Origin: an uncultured Candidatus Saccharibacteria bacterium
GTDB lineage: Bacteria; Patescibacteriota; Minisyncoccia; Phycocordibacterales; PALSA-1337
DNA: 64,000 nt
Reading direction: 5' to 3'
Assembly (NCBI GenBank): GCA_964495685.1
Contig: CAZBVQ010000001.1
Location: 373,568-437,567 of the forward strand
Below, one piece after another: positions 9,640-19,330 of this stretch. The notes below the pieces were generated by a model. The model saw nothing but the letters and a program-made list of their open reading frames with translations. It ran no database searches and had not been told where the DNA came from. Within the stretch, counting starts at the first letter, position 1. The number at the start of each line of letters is the position of its first letter. Position numbers and translations under genes: made by a program.

Positions 9640-10386
9640 GTGGGATGTAACCAAAACCCGATAGTAGTTGAAAATCAAATGAAGACGAAGATGTTAGTCA
9701 TTGGCGCCTTGGCAGTTGCCTTGGCGGTAATTAACCCCATCACTATCCATGCAGTGCCCGTCACTCCTGATTATGACACGTTCGGTCCGCTTGCCGGCGC
9801 GACGTTTGGCGGAAGTGGTATTCCAAACCACTCAGTTGCGGTTAGCACGTCTGGTGGCGTGACTCTGGGTCTCGAAGCTCATCAGCGTTACGTCGGCCCG
9901 GATCTGGTGGACAATGGGGCGGGCACTTATTGGGCCAACCCTGGACCTGGCACGCCGGCCAACCTGAGCACCTGGAACTTCGCATTCTATGGTCTCGGCT
10001 CTGCTTCGGCACCTGGCGCAACGGCCCGTTTGTTCTATGACTTCGATCCGGCGATCGGCAATGACCAAAGCACACTGGGTTATGTCAATCTTGGTCTCTT
10101 GGGTTTGACCCCGGGGCAAGATTCTTGGAATCTCGGTTTTTCCTTTTTGGATACGGCCATTCCTGGTGTCGTGGTACCTCCTACCTACCCATCGTTCAAT
10201 CCGAATGCGGTTGGAGAATACAGCTTCGTCCTGGAAGCATACAACCGAGATGGGCAGACCATTGGCCGGTCAGCGATTAATGTGAACACCTCAGCTGTCC
10301 CCGACTCCGGTTCGACGTTTGCCTCCTTAGGCCTTGCCTCGCTCGGCCTTCTGGCATTTCGCAAATTCACGCTTGTGACGGCCTGA
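9640..10386 (+). CDS. Secreted protein with a C-terminal VPDSG/PEP-CTERM-like sorting signal
   Basis: N-terminal signal peptide (MKTKMLVIGALAVALAVINPITIHA). C-terminus is VPDSGSTFASLGLASLGLLAFRKF: a VP-D-S-G motif, a hydrophobic helix and a basic tail. Confidence 0.5.
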   Translation: MGCNQNPIVVENQMKTKMLVIGALAVALAVINPITIHAVPVTPDYDTFGPLAGATFGGSGIPNHSVAVSTSGGVTLGLEAHQRYVGPDLVDNGAGTYWANPGPGTPANLSTWNFAFYGLGSASAPGATARLFYDFDPAIGNDQSTLGYVNLGLLGLTPGQDSWNLGFSFLDTAIPGVVVPPTYPSFNPNAVGEYSFVLEAYNRDGQTIGRSAINVNTSAVPDSGSTFASLGLASLGLLAFRKFTLVTA

Positions 10387-10525
10387 TGTCACCGGGGCAG
10401 TGATGCGCCCTGTCTTTCAGTTTCAGCTCAACAATCGGGAAACCTCCTGGTCCGCAAGGATCGGGGGGATTTTTTATACAAAAAAGCGCACGGAGTGTTC
10501 TGTGCGCGGGCTGACTGATCTCGAG

Positions 10526-10951
10526 TTAGGTTTTCGGACGATGGATCGGCCGACACGTATTGGTGATGATGGCCAGGTCAATCTCTTGCTGCATTCGTCT
10601 CACGGTGCACACTTGGAACTGTGTTCCGTTTCGGACAATTCTCGATCCGGCCAAGAATCCGTTTGCGGCAGTAGTTAGTTCTACCAGGACAGATCGTTTG
10701 AGGTGTTCGCCGGGGAATTCCTTTCCTTGATCACAAACAATGAGTACATACGCACTACTGATGAGCATGGATCCTGCTTCGCAATCATGAGCTTCTGGAG
10801 AACTAGACTCAATACGGAAGCAGAGTCTGTTTCGGGCGAGAGTGAAGTGTTCTGTATCGGTCAGAGGATCTCTTCCTGCATCAATTTTTGCGCGAATGCG
10901 TCGAACTTCATTTTCGTATGCGCGACGATTGAATCGTTTCGGTAGCTTCAT
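10526..10951 (-). CDS. Hypothetical protein (second gene of a small minus-strand operon)
   Basis: 141-aa ORF whose start overlaps the stop of the upstream 81-aa ORF by 4 nt. Ends at a bidirectional terminator (GCGCACGGAGTGTTCTGTGCGC). No recognisable domain. Confidence 0.35.
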   Translation of the reverse strand: MKLPKRFNRRAYENEVRRIRAKIDAGRDPLTDTEHFTLARNRLCFRIESSSPEAHDCEAGSMLISSAYVLIVCDQGKEFPGEHLKRSVLVELTTAANGFLAGSRIVRNGTQFQVCTVRRMQQEIDLAIITNTCRPIHRPKT

Positions 10952-11193
10952 TTCGTCCTCCTGTTTCTCACTGCCTCATCCCATGGAGGCCCTACGTAGG
11001 TCTCAATGGACAGGCCAATGAAAAGAATTATTGTTGTGACAACATCGAGACCGATTGAGAAAATCGATATCAGTACCAATGTGGCCATGTTGAGCGTGCT
11101 GTCGAGGTACTCGCCGAATGCGATCCAGAGAAATACACATATCGCAATGGCAGTTCCTGCCATGAGTGCAAGTTTCAAGTTACTCAAGTGCAT
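10948..11193 (-). CDS. Small two-helix membrane protein (hypothetical)
   Basis: Two clear hydrophobic helices (LMAGTAIAICVFLWIAF; LVLISIFSIGLDVVTTIILFIGL). Translationally coupled to the downstream ORF. Confidence 0.4.
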   Translation of the reverse strand: MHLSNLKLALMAGTAIAICVFLWIAFGEYLDSTLNMATLVLISIFSIGLDVVTTIILFIGLSIETYVGPPWDEAVRNRRTK

Positions 11194-11237
11194 GATGTTT
11201 CCTGGGTTGGGGGTTCTGAATCAAATGCTAGCACAAG

Positions 11238-14207
11238 ATGAGGTATAATCAATCCATGTCCAACCAGGTATTCGATATCCAATACAAGCGCCTCAACAAG
11301 GCCCAAAAAGAGGCAGTGGATGCCATCGAGGGACCTGTCATGGTCATCGCCGGTCCTGGAACTGGTAAAACGACTATTCTAACGCTCCGAATAGCGAATA
11401 TCCTCAAACGTACTGATACGCCCGCCAACGGCATTCTTGCCATCACCTATACCGACGCGGGAGTCAAAGCGATGCGCCAAAAACTCCAAGGAATAATAGG
11501 TGACAGAGCTCATGATGTTCGCATTCACACTTTTCATGGATTTGCTTCTTCGGTCATCGCTGAATACCCAGATCATTTCCTGCATTTGTCAGACAAGAAA
11601 CAGATGACTGATATCGAGCAGGAGTCGCTCATTCGCGCAATCATTACTGACACCAAGTTTGCTGACGTACGTCCGGCAGGCAAACCAGACGCGTATATTT
11701 CAGGGATTATTCGCAGTATAGATGATGCCAAAAGGGAGGCACTTACCCCAGAAATGGTCCGCCAACATGCACGACAGGAGATCGGGCGTATCAAGAATGA
11801 CGAGGATTCTATTTCTTCACGTGGCGCCACCAAGGGCAAACTCAAAGCCGATGCACTCGAGCAGATCGCCAAATGTGAGCGTACCATTCTGTTCGGTGAT
11901 ATTTACGAACTCTATGAAGCCAAGAAAGAAGAGGTCAAGAAGATGGATTTCAACGACCTTATCATCGAGCTTCTCCTTGCGCTCAGGAATGATGAATTGC
12001 TGCTCCGCCTTCTTCAAGAACGCTATCTCTATCTTCATGTTGATGAACATCAAGACACCAACGACGCACAAAACTTCATCGTCGGCATGATTGCTGAGTT
12101 CTTCGAGACCCCGAATATTTTCATTGTCGGTGATGAGAAGCAGGCTATTTACCGTTTCCAGGGAGCATCGGTTGAGAATTTCTTGCTTCTCCAGAAGAAA
12201 TGGCCAGCCATGAAGCTCATTTCTCTCGATACCAACTATCGCTCACACCAAGATATTCTTGATGCCAGTTTCGGCATGATTGAGAAGAACTATGAAGAAG
12301 GTGAGCATGCTGATTTGCGCATCAAATTGAAAGGTGGTTCTAAACTAGACACTGAATCTGGGTCCACATCAGGTCTACAAATCGTCACGGGCGAGAATGT
12401 GGCAGCCATCGAAGCTCATATGGTCGGAGAATTGCATGCTCTCTACGAACGTGAGCCGAACGCAACTACTGCCATCATCGTCCGTCGCAATCGTGATCTT
12501 GATCGCGTCATCAGGTTGCTCGAGTCCAATGGTATCGCCGTAGCTTCTGAGCGTAGTATCGATATGTTCAGTCATCCCGTCGGGCGCCTATTCTTTGACC
12601 TTGTTGATTATCTCACTGATCTCTCCAAGACTGACGCATTGGCACGTACGATGGTGGCAGGAATGTGGGAACTGTCGCTGGAGCAGGCCATCGATCTGGT
12701 CAAGAATGTCAAAAGTGGCAAGCCATTCGAACTTCCTGCACTTCTCGGTATCCAACGTCAGATGCTCAATGACGGCGCTATCGGCTTCCTCATTCATGCC
12801 GCAGAACAATCGGGCTTCACCACACTGGTCACTCGTCATCCTTCATATATTCATGTTTGGCGTGGCATCATCACCTTGGCAGAATCACTGACGCGGGAAG
12901 GTGACATTCGTGATCCGGTCGAGCTCATTCGTGCTATGCTCGCCTATCGACTCTCAGCTGAGACCAAGACAGTCAAAGTATCAGTCGGTGCACCTGATCT
13001 ACCTATTCGTGCCATGACAGCTCACGGGAGTAAGGGGCTTGAATTTGATCATGTATTCATACCATATGTCACCGAAGAATCATGGGTGGGTCGTCCCAAG
13101 GGCGCCTCATTCGTGTTGCCCAAGAAACGTACGGCTGATAGCGATATTCGTGATGTGCGCCGTCTCTTCTATGTGGCACTGACTCGTGCACGTAAGCATG
13201 TCACAGTCCTGACTGCACGCGAAGAGTCTGACGGCAAAGCATTGGAGCCACTACGCTTCATCGATGAGCTCGAAGAGAAGTACGCATCGCGATTGTCATT
13301 GTCGCGTGTAGGTATCGAGGCGGTGCATGAAGGAGGATCTGAGAAGCGGCGAGCGCAGAGTAGTGAGCATGATACTATCGGCACCGAACTGGTCAGCATC
13401 GCCAAGCGCGTACTCACCGAAAAGGGTTTGTCAGTGACTGCACTCAATCATTTCTTGAAATGCCCGAATACATTTTTGTATCAGAGTATATTGAAACTTC
13501 CGCAGGCGCCGTCTGTTCCTGCAGAGAAGGGAAGCGCTATGCATTATGCATTCGATGCTGCATGGCAATCTACGGATCGTTCTAGGGCTGGTCTAGAATT
13601 GGTCATGAAAGAAAAGATCACTGAATATTTTGCCGACTCATTCCTGCCAAGTGTGGAGAAGACACCTGCCATGAAAGAATTGCTTGATGATGTGCCGGCT
13701 GTCGCAGCGGCACTGGAGTCTCATTTCGCACAGTCCGAACGTGCCACAGTCTATACCGAGACATGGGTGGAGCGAGAATTCACTGGTACGTACAATGGTC
13801 AGACCATTCACATCCCACTTCACGGCAAGATGGATGCTATCGTCGATACGAGTGACCTAGTCTACGTCTATGACTACAAGACACGCCAAGCCATGTCAGT
13901 GAATGCTATCAAGGGTGAGACCAAGAGTGATTCGAGTGGTGATTATTTCCGACAGCTGATTTTCTACAAACTACTTCTCAGTGCTGATCCGCGTTGGCGT
14001 ACCAAGAAGATTGAACCAGCTCTGGTATTCGTGTCGCCAGATGACAAGGGGAGGTGCCCGACTGTGACGGTGCCTATCGAGGCGACTGACAGTGAGCGGG
14101 TTAACAAAGAGATTCAACAACTGATCGACAGTGTCTGGAGTGGTGCTATCGCCACTGCTACCTGTGATGACAAGGATTGCGAATGGTGTGGTGTGAGGAG
14201 GGTATAA
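11238..14207 (+). CDS. ATP-dependent helicase-nuclease: UvrD/PcrA-type SF1 helicase fused to a C-terminal RecB/Cas4-like PD-(D/E)xK nuclease with a Cys cluster
   Basis: Walker A (GPGTGKTT) and UvrD-like motifs (TFHGFAS; VDEHQDTN; FIVGDEKQAIYRFQGA; RSHQDIL; YVALTRARKH). C-terminal YVYDYKTRQ ... YFRQLIFYKLLL nuclease motifs plus KCPNT and CDDKDCEWCG cysteines, AddB/Cas4-like. TATAAT about 12 nt upstream of the ATG. Confidence 0.8.
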   Translation: MRYNQSMSNQVFDIQYKRLNKAQKEAVDAIEGPVMVIAGPGTGKTTILTLRIANILKRTDTPANGILAITYTDAGVKAMRQKLQGIIGDRAHDVRIHTFHGFASSVIAEYPDHFLHLSDKKQMTDIEQESLIRAIITDTKFADVRPAGKPDAYISGIIRSIDDAKREALTPEMVRQHARQEIGRIKNDEDSISSRGATKGKLKADALEQIAKCERTILFGDIYELYEAKKEEVKKMDFNDLIIELLLALRNDELLLRLLQERYLYLHVDEHQDTNDAQNFIVGMIAEFFETPNIFIVGDEKQAIYRFQGASVENFLLLQKKWPAMKLISLDTNYRSHQDILDASFGMIEKNYEEGEHADLRIKLKGGSKLDTESGSTSGLQIVTGENVAAIEAHMVGELHALYEREPNATTAIIVRRNRDLDRVIRLLESNGIAVASERSIDMFSHPVGRLFFDLVDYLTDLSKTDALARTMVAGMWELSLEQAIDLVKNVKSGKPFELPALLGIQRQMLNDGAIGFLIHAAEQSGFTTLVTRHPSYIHVWRGIITLAESLTREGDIRDPVELIRAMLAYRLSAETKTVKVSVGAPDLPIRAMTAHGSKGLEFDHVFIPYVTEESWVGRPKGASFVLPKKRTADSDIRDVRRLFYVALTRARKHVTVLTAREESDGKALEPLRFIDELEEKYASRLSLSRVGIEAVHEGGSEKRRAQSSEHDTIGTELVSIAKRVLTEKGLSVTALNHFLKCPNTFLYQSILKLPQAPSVPAEKGSAMHYAFDAAWQSTDRSRAGLELVMKEKITEYFADSFLPSVEKTPAMKELLDDVPAVAAALESHFAQSERATVYTETWVEREFTGTYNGQTIHIPLHGKMDAIVDTSDLVYVYDYKTRQAMSVNAIKGETKSDSSGDYFRQLIFYKLLLSADPRWRTKKIEPALVFVSPDDKGRCPTVTVPIEATDSERVNKEIQQLIDSVWSGAIATATCDDKDCEWCGVRRV

Positions 14208-14253
14208 AAAATGTATGCAATTCAAAAAGCCCCTTCAGGAGGGGTTTTTGTGA
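14208..14253. terminator. Bidirectional terminator between convergent genes (AAAAAGCCCCTTCAGGAGGGGTTTTT)
   Basis: Perfect hairpin flanked by A-run and T-run. Confidence 0.55.
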
Positions 14254-15072
14254 TTATTTTGTGGCAAGCACCGCATCAATAATTGCCCTGATCGCCTCTT
14301 CTGGCAAAGCGCCACTCATGATGATGTGCATACGATCACTCGAAACGACAATTGGGGGTAAGCGTAGCTGCAATACCAAATTAGATATTACCGTATCAAC
14401 ATGTGCTGGCGCTGGTTTGGATAAGACGAAAATACTCGTCGGTGTACCAGAGATGCCCGCGTTCACACCATCAAGATACTGCTTCTCTACTTTGTCTTTG
14501 TTCTGACCACTCGAGAGACACTCGTTGAAGGCGACCACATCGAGCCCAGCGTATTTGGCGATCACAGGAAGCTGGGTCTGATCTAGTGACTTGCCCTGAT
14601 CAGAGGGAGTGATGTCGTAGAGTCGGTTGGTGAATTTCCAGAATGCATCATTGCCTCCGAGAGATGCCGCACATTCCATGGCCTGAGATTCATGGCCAGC
14701 GTTGGGGTGCAGTACACGTCCTTGTGCGTCAGGCTTGTCGAGTGGGAATGCACGGTAGACCCAAGCAACGTTGCCCGAAGGACCATAGGTCTCCATGATT
14801 TTCTTCATGGTCGGATGGAATATCTTACAAAATGGACATGAAGGGTCCGAGAATTCGATGATGCGTACGGCCGCGTTGGGATTGCCGAGGATGTGATCAT
14901 GTGAAGTGATTGGACTCACCGCTATCTCTATTTTCTGTACCTGTTGAGCTGCTGTGGTCGGTGTGGCTGCAGGAGTAGCTGGCTTGAATGCGTAAATAAG
15001 GGCGGCACCAATAATTGCGGCGGCAATGATGATGGCTCCGGGAACGGAGATGGGGTTTGATTGTTGGTTCAT
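14254..15072 (-). CDS. DsbA-family thiol:disulfide oxidoreductase (membrane-anchored thioredoxin fold)
   Basis: N-terminal hydrophobic anchor, CxxC active site (DPSCPFCKIF), thioredoxin-like length. Confidence 0.7.
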   Translation of the reverse strand: MNQQSNPISVPGAIIIAAAIIGAALIYAFKPATPAATPTTAAQQVQKIEIAVSPITSHDHILGNPNAAVRIIEFSDPSCPFCKIFHPTMKKIMETYGPSGNVAWVYRAFPLDKPDAQGRVLHPNAGHESQAMECAASLGGNDAFWKFTNRLYDITPSDQGKSLDQTQLPVIAKYAGLDVVAFNECLSSGQNKDKVEKQYLDGVNAGISGTPTSIFVLSKPAPAHVDTVISNLVLQLRLPPIVVSSDRMHIIMSGALPEEAIRAIIDAVLATK

Positions 15073-15088
15073 GGAGCTAAGTATATCA

Positions 15089-15664
15089 CTAAAACGGTAG
15101 TGTGAACGTCATGGCGTGTTCACTGCCAGTTTCCCAGGTGTCAGTTTTGAGTTTGACCTCTTTGACGGCACCCAATTCTTTGTATTTGAGGGATTTATTC
15201 TTGAGGGCATAGTCGTAGAGCTCACGCGTGAGACGTACGTCCTCAATGCAGTACTTGATGATCTTGTCGATTTCACCATTTTGCCACCACTCGATAGCGT
15301 CGAGGCCATGACCAGACTTATTCCTGCCGAGTGTCGCTTCGCCGACAGTGTCGAGTTTGAGACGGCGGCCGAGGACCTGCTGCACCTCTCTCATAAGATC
15401 AATGCTTTTGATCTTGGTGAGGTCACCGGGATAATATTTGTTGAGGAGGGGGATGTCGAAGTGATCACCATTCCAGGTCACGAATGCATCGGCTTGTTCG
15501 ATCATGGGCCATAGTTTGCCGAAGTCTTTCTCGAGGTAACTCGTGAATTCACCGGTAGCTGAATCGTGAATACAGAGGACTGATATGTCGAGTGCGGTAG
15601 GATCATTCGATCCGACATCCTGGAATGTGTTCTTGGTTTCGATATCGAACGTGATGACGTGCAT
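15089..15664 (-). CDS. DEDD-family 3'-5' exonuclease (RNase H-like fold)
   Basis: Exo motifs ITFDIETKN (Exo I), FVTWNGDHFDIPLL (Exo II), YCIEDVRLT (Exo III). Confidence 0.6.
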   Translation of the reverse strand: MHVITFDIETKNTFQDVGSNDPTALDISVLCIHDSATGEFTSYLEKDFGKLWPMIEQADAFVTWNGDHFDIPLLNKYYPGDLTKIKSIDLMREVQQVLGRRLKLDTVGEATLGRNKSGHGLDAIEWWQNGEIDKIIKYCIEDVRLTRELYDYALKNKSLKYKELGAVKEVKLKTDTWETGSEHAMTFTLPF

Positions 15665-16027
15665 AGGTCACTATTGTAGCAAGAAATATTTTTTGGGCAA
15701 AGAAAAAACGGTCGCCGAGGGAGCGACCGTTAAAGAGTGGCTAGTGACGTGATTCACCAAGACCGGAAAGAAGAACTGTTTGTCCGGAATACATGGTGGT
15801 GCCAGAGCCGATTGCTATTGCGCGATACCCGATTTGGTGAATACCGGTCGAGGGACGAATCCCGACGACTAGCGTTCGAATGGGCACAATCGCGTGATTT
15901 GCCTGTGCCCACTTTTGTGTGGAACAGACATCGACTTCTTGGTGGCAACGCACCTCACTAGCCAATGAGGATACTATACCAATCGGTAACCTCCGTCAAC
16001 TGCCTACTAGAGTCTGACTAATTCGAA

Positions 16028-17326
16028 TTAATGGCCCAAAAACGTCCTCGCAATCTCCTCCTCACTACCACTCAATTCTTCGCCGCTCGAGAGTATCTTC
16101 ATGCGCAGTTTGCCATTCTTGACTTCTTCATCACCAATACACATGATACGAGGAATGCCACGCTTATCCGCATTCTTGATCTGGTCACCGACTTTCTTGC
16201 CTGAGAGGTCCACGAAGACATTTATATTCTTGGCCCTGAATGATTGAGCGAGCTCCAGTGCATACGGAGTATTCTGGTCACCGACGACGCAGAGGGCCAC
16301 GTCCGCAGGAGACTCATTCTTGGGAAGTGTGCCGTAGGTCTCCATTAAGTCTCGTGCAATAACATCACCTGCGCCAAAACCGACGGCAGGAACTTTGTCA
16401 TTACCGAAAAGGGAAAGGAGGTCATCGTAGCGTCCACCACCGAAAACAGAACGACGATTGGCTGGATTGAGGTCATAGACTTCGAAAACTACTCCCGTGT
16501 AGTAGTCGAAGCCGCGCATCAGTGTCTGGTCGAAGCGGGCATTGGTGATACCGAGACGCTCCAGGCCAGCGATGACTTCACGTATTTCTTTGAGGCCGAC
16601 ATGCTCCTCGGTAGTTTGTGGTAGGTTCTTGGTGAATTCTTCGAAGTTTTTGGAATTGAGGAGTGTCATGAATTTCCTCGTGTTGTCACCGAGGACTTCC
16701 GTGGCAGCAGCTTCGAACCATTCTGGCTTGACCTTGTCCTTCTTGTCGATGAGTTTGGAAATCTTTTGGGCAGCTTCCTCATTCAAGCAGAAAACATCTC
16801 GTGTCACATAGTTCATGAGCTTGCGGTTGTTGATGCGGATTTCGAAGTCGGTATCCTTGAGGCCATAAGCACGTGTAATATCGTAGGCGATATTGATAGT
16901 CTCGATTTCCGCCGAAATAGACTCGACGCCGAATATGTCGACGTTGAGCTGCCAATGTTCACGGACACGACCGCGTTGAGGTTGTTCGTAACGGAATAGG
17001 TTGGGGATAGAATACCAGCGGACAGGGAAGGTAAGCTCACGCTTGCGGGCAGCGATCATGCGGGCGAGAGTAGGGGTCATCTCAGGACGGAGAGTCACTT
17101 CACGGTCGCCACGGTCAGTGAAGGTGTATGTTTGTTCGTTGATGATCTCTTCACCACTCTTGGCACGATACAAATCGGCGGGTTCCAGAACCGATGCACC
17201 GTATTCTTCATAGCCGTATGACTCGACTGCCTTGCGCCAGATATCGAAGATCTTCTTTTCAGTAGCCATATCGGCAGGGAAGAAATCTCGAACTCCTTTG
17301 TAGGAATCAGTTGAAAGCTTTTTCAT
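16028..17326 (-). CDS. hisS: Histidine--tRNA ligase
   Basis: Class II HisRS motifs (RPEMTP; FRYEQPQRGRVREHWQ; GGGRYD), C-terminal anticodon-binding domain. Confidence 0.9.
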   Translation of the reverse strand: MKKLSTDSYKGVRDFFPADMATEKKIFDIWRKAVESYGYEEYGASVLEPADLYRAKSGEEIINEQTYTFTDRGDREVTLRPEMTPTLARMIAARKRELTFPVRWYSIPNLFRYEQPQRGRVREHWQLNVDIFGVESISAEIETINIAYDITRAYGLKDTDFEIRINNRKLMNYVTRDVFCLNEEAAQKISKLIDKKDKVKPEWFEAAATEVLGDNTRKFMTLLNSKNFEEFTKNLPQTTEEHVGLKEIREVIAGLERLGITNARFDQTLMRGFDYYTGVVFEVYDLNPANRRSVFGGGRYDDLLSLFGNDKVPAVGFGAGDVIARDLMETYGTLPKNESPADVALCVVGDQNTPYALELAQSFRAKNINVFVDLSGKKVGDQIKNADKRGIPRIMCIGDEEVKNGKLRMKILSSGEELSGSEEEIARTFLGH

Positions 17327-17489
17327 GGGGGTATTGTAGCAGATTGTGCCATAAACGTAAGGGCTCTACTCATACCCCTTGACTTTTTCATTATTTCAGT
17401 ATACAATACTGGACGTTATCACTATAAAGAGCCGTACCCTGAATTATGGCCCCATTGAGCCATAAGACTAAGGATACGTTTATCACATT

Positions 17490-18758
17490 ATGAAAAACAT
17501 CATCCGCACAGCTTCATACGTCACCGTGGGCATCATGTCACTCGTGATCGCCTTCGGTATCGTCGTCTCTGCTCCGGCTCAGGCCCATGCAGATTATGGC
17601 TACTATGGTACACCGTCGTACAACTACGACTACTCGTACTATCGTCAGCAGCCTCGTAATGACTATGGTCCGTTGCAAGTATCGTGTTATCCGATGCCTC
17701 TTTCGGCTCGTACCGGTGATTCGGTGACGTGGGTTGCGAATGCGTATGGTGGCAACAACTCATACAACTACACCTGGAGTGGCACGGACGGCCTCAGTGG
17801 TTACGGCTCTTCTATAGTCAAGGCCTACTACTCCAATGGTTCCAAGACCGCCAGTGTGACTGTCACATCAGCTGGTCAGACTATCACCAAGATTTGTGAT
17901 GGCTCAGCAAGCATTTATGGTGACACGAACTATAATTACAACAACTACAATTATAGTTATCCGTATTACACCAGTTACCCGAATTACAACTACAATTCAT
18001 ACTACTCACCGTTGTATGTCACCTGTACGCCAAGTACTACCTATGTCAACAATGGCATGCAAGTAGTCTGGAATGCATATCCGTCAGGCGGCAATGGTTC
18101 ATATACGTATTCATGGACAGGCAGCGACAATCTGTACGGTTCAAGTCAGTCAGTGTATTACACGTATTCGAATCCTGGTGCCAAGACGGCCAATGTGACT
18201 GTCTACTCGACAAACGGTCAAACAGCTACTATCAATTGTGGCACTGTTAACGTCGCTGGTTACTATGGTGCGGTCCCTGTCGTCGTCGGTTCGACCAATG
18301 CTGGTCTCGATGTTGCTTGTTATTCTGATCCTTCGAATGTCCGCGTCAATCAGCCGGTCACTTGGAGGGCAGAAGTTACTGGTGGCGTCGCGCCGTATAC
18401 CTACACATGGACTGGTGCTGATGGCCTTTCAGGTTCTGAGAACACGGTACTCAAGTACTATGCTTCTACGGGAGACAAGAGTGCCATCATCTCGATCAAG
18501 TCCGCTGACGGCAAGACTGCTACTCGCGCATGTAGTACCAGTGTGACGGTTCGCTCTGCGTCTGCGACAGCTCCTGTCCAGCAGACTCAGCAGCCATCTT
18601 CGCAGGTCCAGCCGAATACCAATCAAAATTCAAATGGCCTCTCAGCTGCAGCATTGTTCTCACTCAAGAACGTGCCGTGGGGTTGGGTTGCTATCCTGAT
18701 TATCTTGGTACTCTTTGCGACGGTTGTGTATCTTATCTTCAATCGCCCGAAGATCTAA
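17490..18758 (+). CDS. Cell-surface repeat protein (Tyr/Asn-rich, C-terminal membrane anchor)
   Basis: Signal anchor at the N-terminus. Three repeated modules (YTWSGTDGLSGYGSS / YSWTGSDNLYGSSQS / YTWTGADGLSGSENT), each near Cys pairs. YNYNNYNYSYPYY low-complexity tracts. C-terminal TM plus basic tail (ILIILVLFATVVYLIFNRPKI). Promoter TTGACT-17-TACAAT at 17381-17409. Terminator ACCCCCTGAAATAGGGGGT plus T-run at 18822-18848. Confidence 0.55.
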   Translation: MKNIIRTASYVTVGIMSLVIAFGIVVSAPAQAHADYGYYGTPSYNYDYSYYRQQPRNDYGPLQVSCYPMPLSARTGDSVTWVANAYGGNNSYNYTWSGTDGLSGYGSSIVKAYYSNGSKTASVTVTSAGQTITKICDGSASIYGDTNYNYNNYNYSYPYYTSYPNYNYNSYYSPLYVTCTPSTTYVNNGMQVVWNAYPSGGNGSYTYSWTGSDNLYGSSQSVYYTYSNPGAKTANVTVYSTNGQTATINCGTVNVAGYYGAVPVVVGSTNAGLDVACYSDPSNVRVNQPVTWRAEVTGGVAPYTYTWTGADGLSGSENTVLKYYASTGDKSAIISIKSADGKTATRACSTSVTVRSASATAPVQQTQQPSSQVQPNTNQNSNGLSAAALFSLKNVPWGWVAILIILVLFATVVYLIFNRPKI

Positions 18759-18856
18759 TAGGGTAGAGTGGACTATACGTAGTCCGATGGCGACAATACG
18801 TGAGACTCCAAAATAAATGTTGAAAATACCCCCTGAAATAGGGGGTATTTTTGTGC

Positions 18857-18886
18857 TTGACAAATACATATTAAACATGGTATAAT
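18857..18886 (+). promoter_or_regulatory. Consensus sigma-70 promoter (TTGACA - 18 nt - TATAAT)
   Basis: Exact TTGACA at 18857-18862 and exact TATAAT at 18881-18886 with an 18-nt spacer, about 75 nt upstream of the 18965 ATG. Confidence 0.55.
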
Positions 18887-18964
18887 ATAAAAGTACTACA
18901 AAGAGGTAGTACGTATGTTTTGAAAATTTGGTCAACATGAAAATTTGATTCAGAAAGTCATTTT

Positions 18965-19330
18965 ATGACAAGTTCAGACTTCGTTGGAAATGACTTCGAA
19001 TATGCCTACGCGAAAGCGTTTGGCGGTGAAGTCAGTGGAGGTTTCGATGATGGTGGCAGAGATGTCATCATTCCGAAAATCGGCGGCGTACAGGTGAAAG
19101 CCAGTGCCGACGGAGCCAAGAGTTTCTTGGCTGTCTCCATCAAACGGAACCAATTTATTCCTCTGTGTGTCGGCGAACCCGGCGCACAGCAGGATATGAT
19201 TGAGTCTCTCAAGCGCTTCGGTGCTTGGGTCGGGAACGATATCCCGAATCGCGTGGCATTGCTCACGGGGATTGCCCAAGTGCGTGCCATGATCGAGCAG
19301 GCGAAAGGAGGTACTCGTGTCCGAGCGTAA
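18965..19330 (+). CDS. Small Mrr-cat-like PD-(D/E)xK nuclease domain protein
   Basis: GGFDDGGRDVIIPKIGGVQVKAS matches the restriction-endonuclease Mrr catalytic core pattern (DGG-D ... hydrophobic-Q-x-K). 121 aa. Confidence 0.4.
   Translation: MTSSDFVGNDFEYAYAKAFGGEVSGGFDDGGRDVIIPKIGGVQVKASADGAKSFLAVSIKRNQFIPLCVGEPGAQQDMIESLKRFGAWVGNDIPNRVALLTGIAQVRAMIEQAKGGTRVRA

Noticed and set aside
15737-15965. Three mutually overlapping 64-74-aa ORFs on both strands.
   Set aside because: Mutually exclusive frames with no motifs. The region is treated as an unassigned non-coding spacer (see findings).
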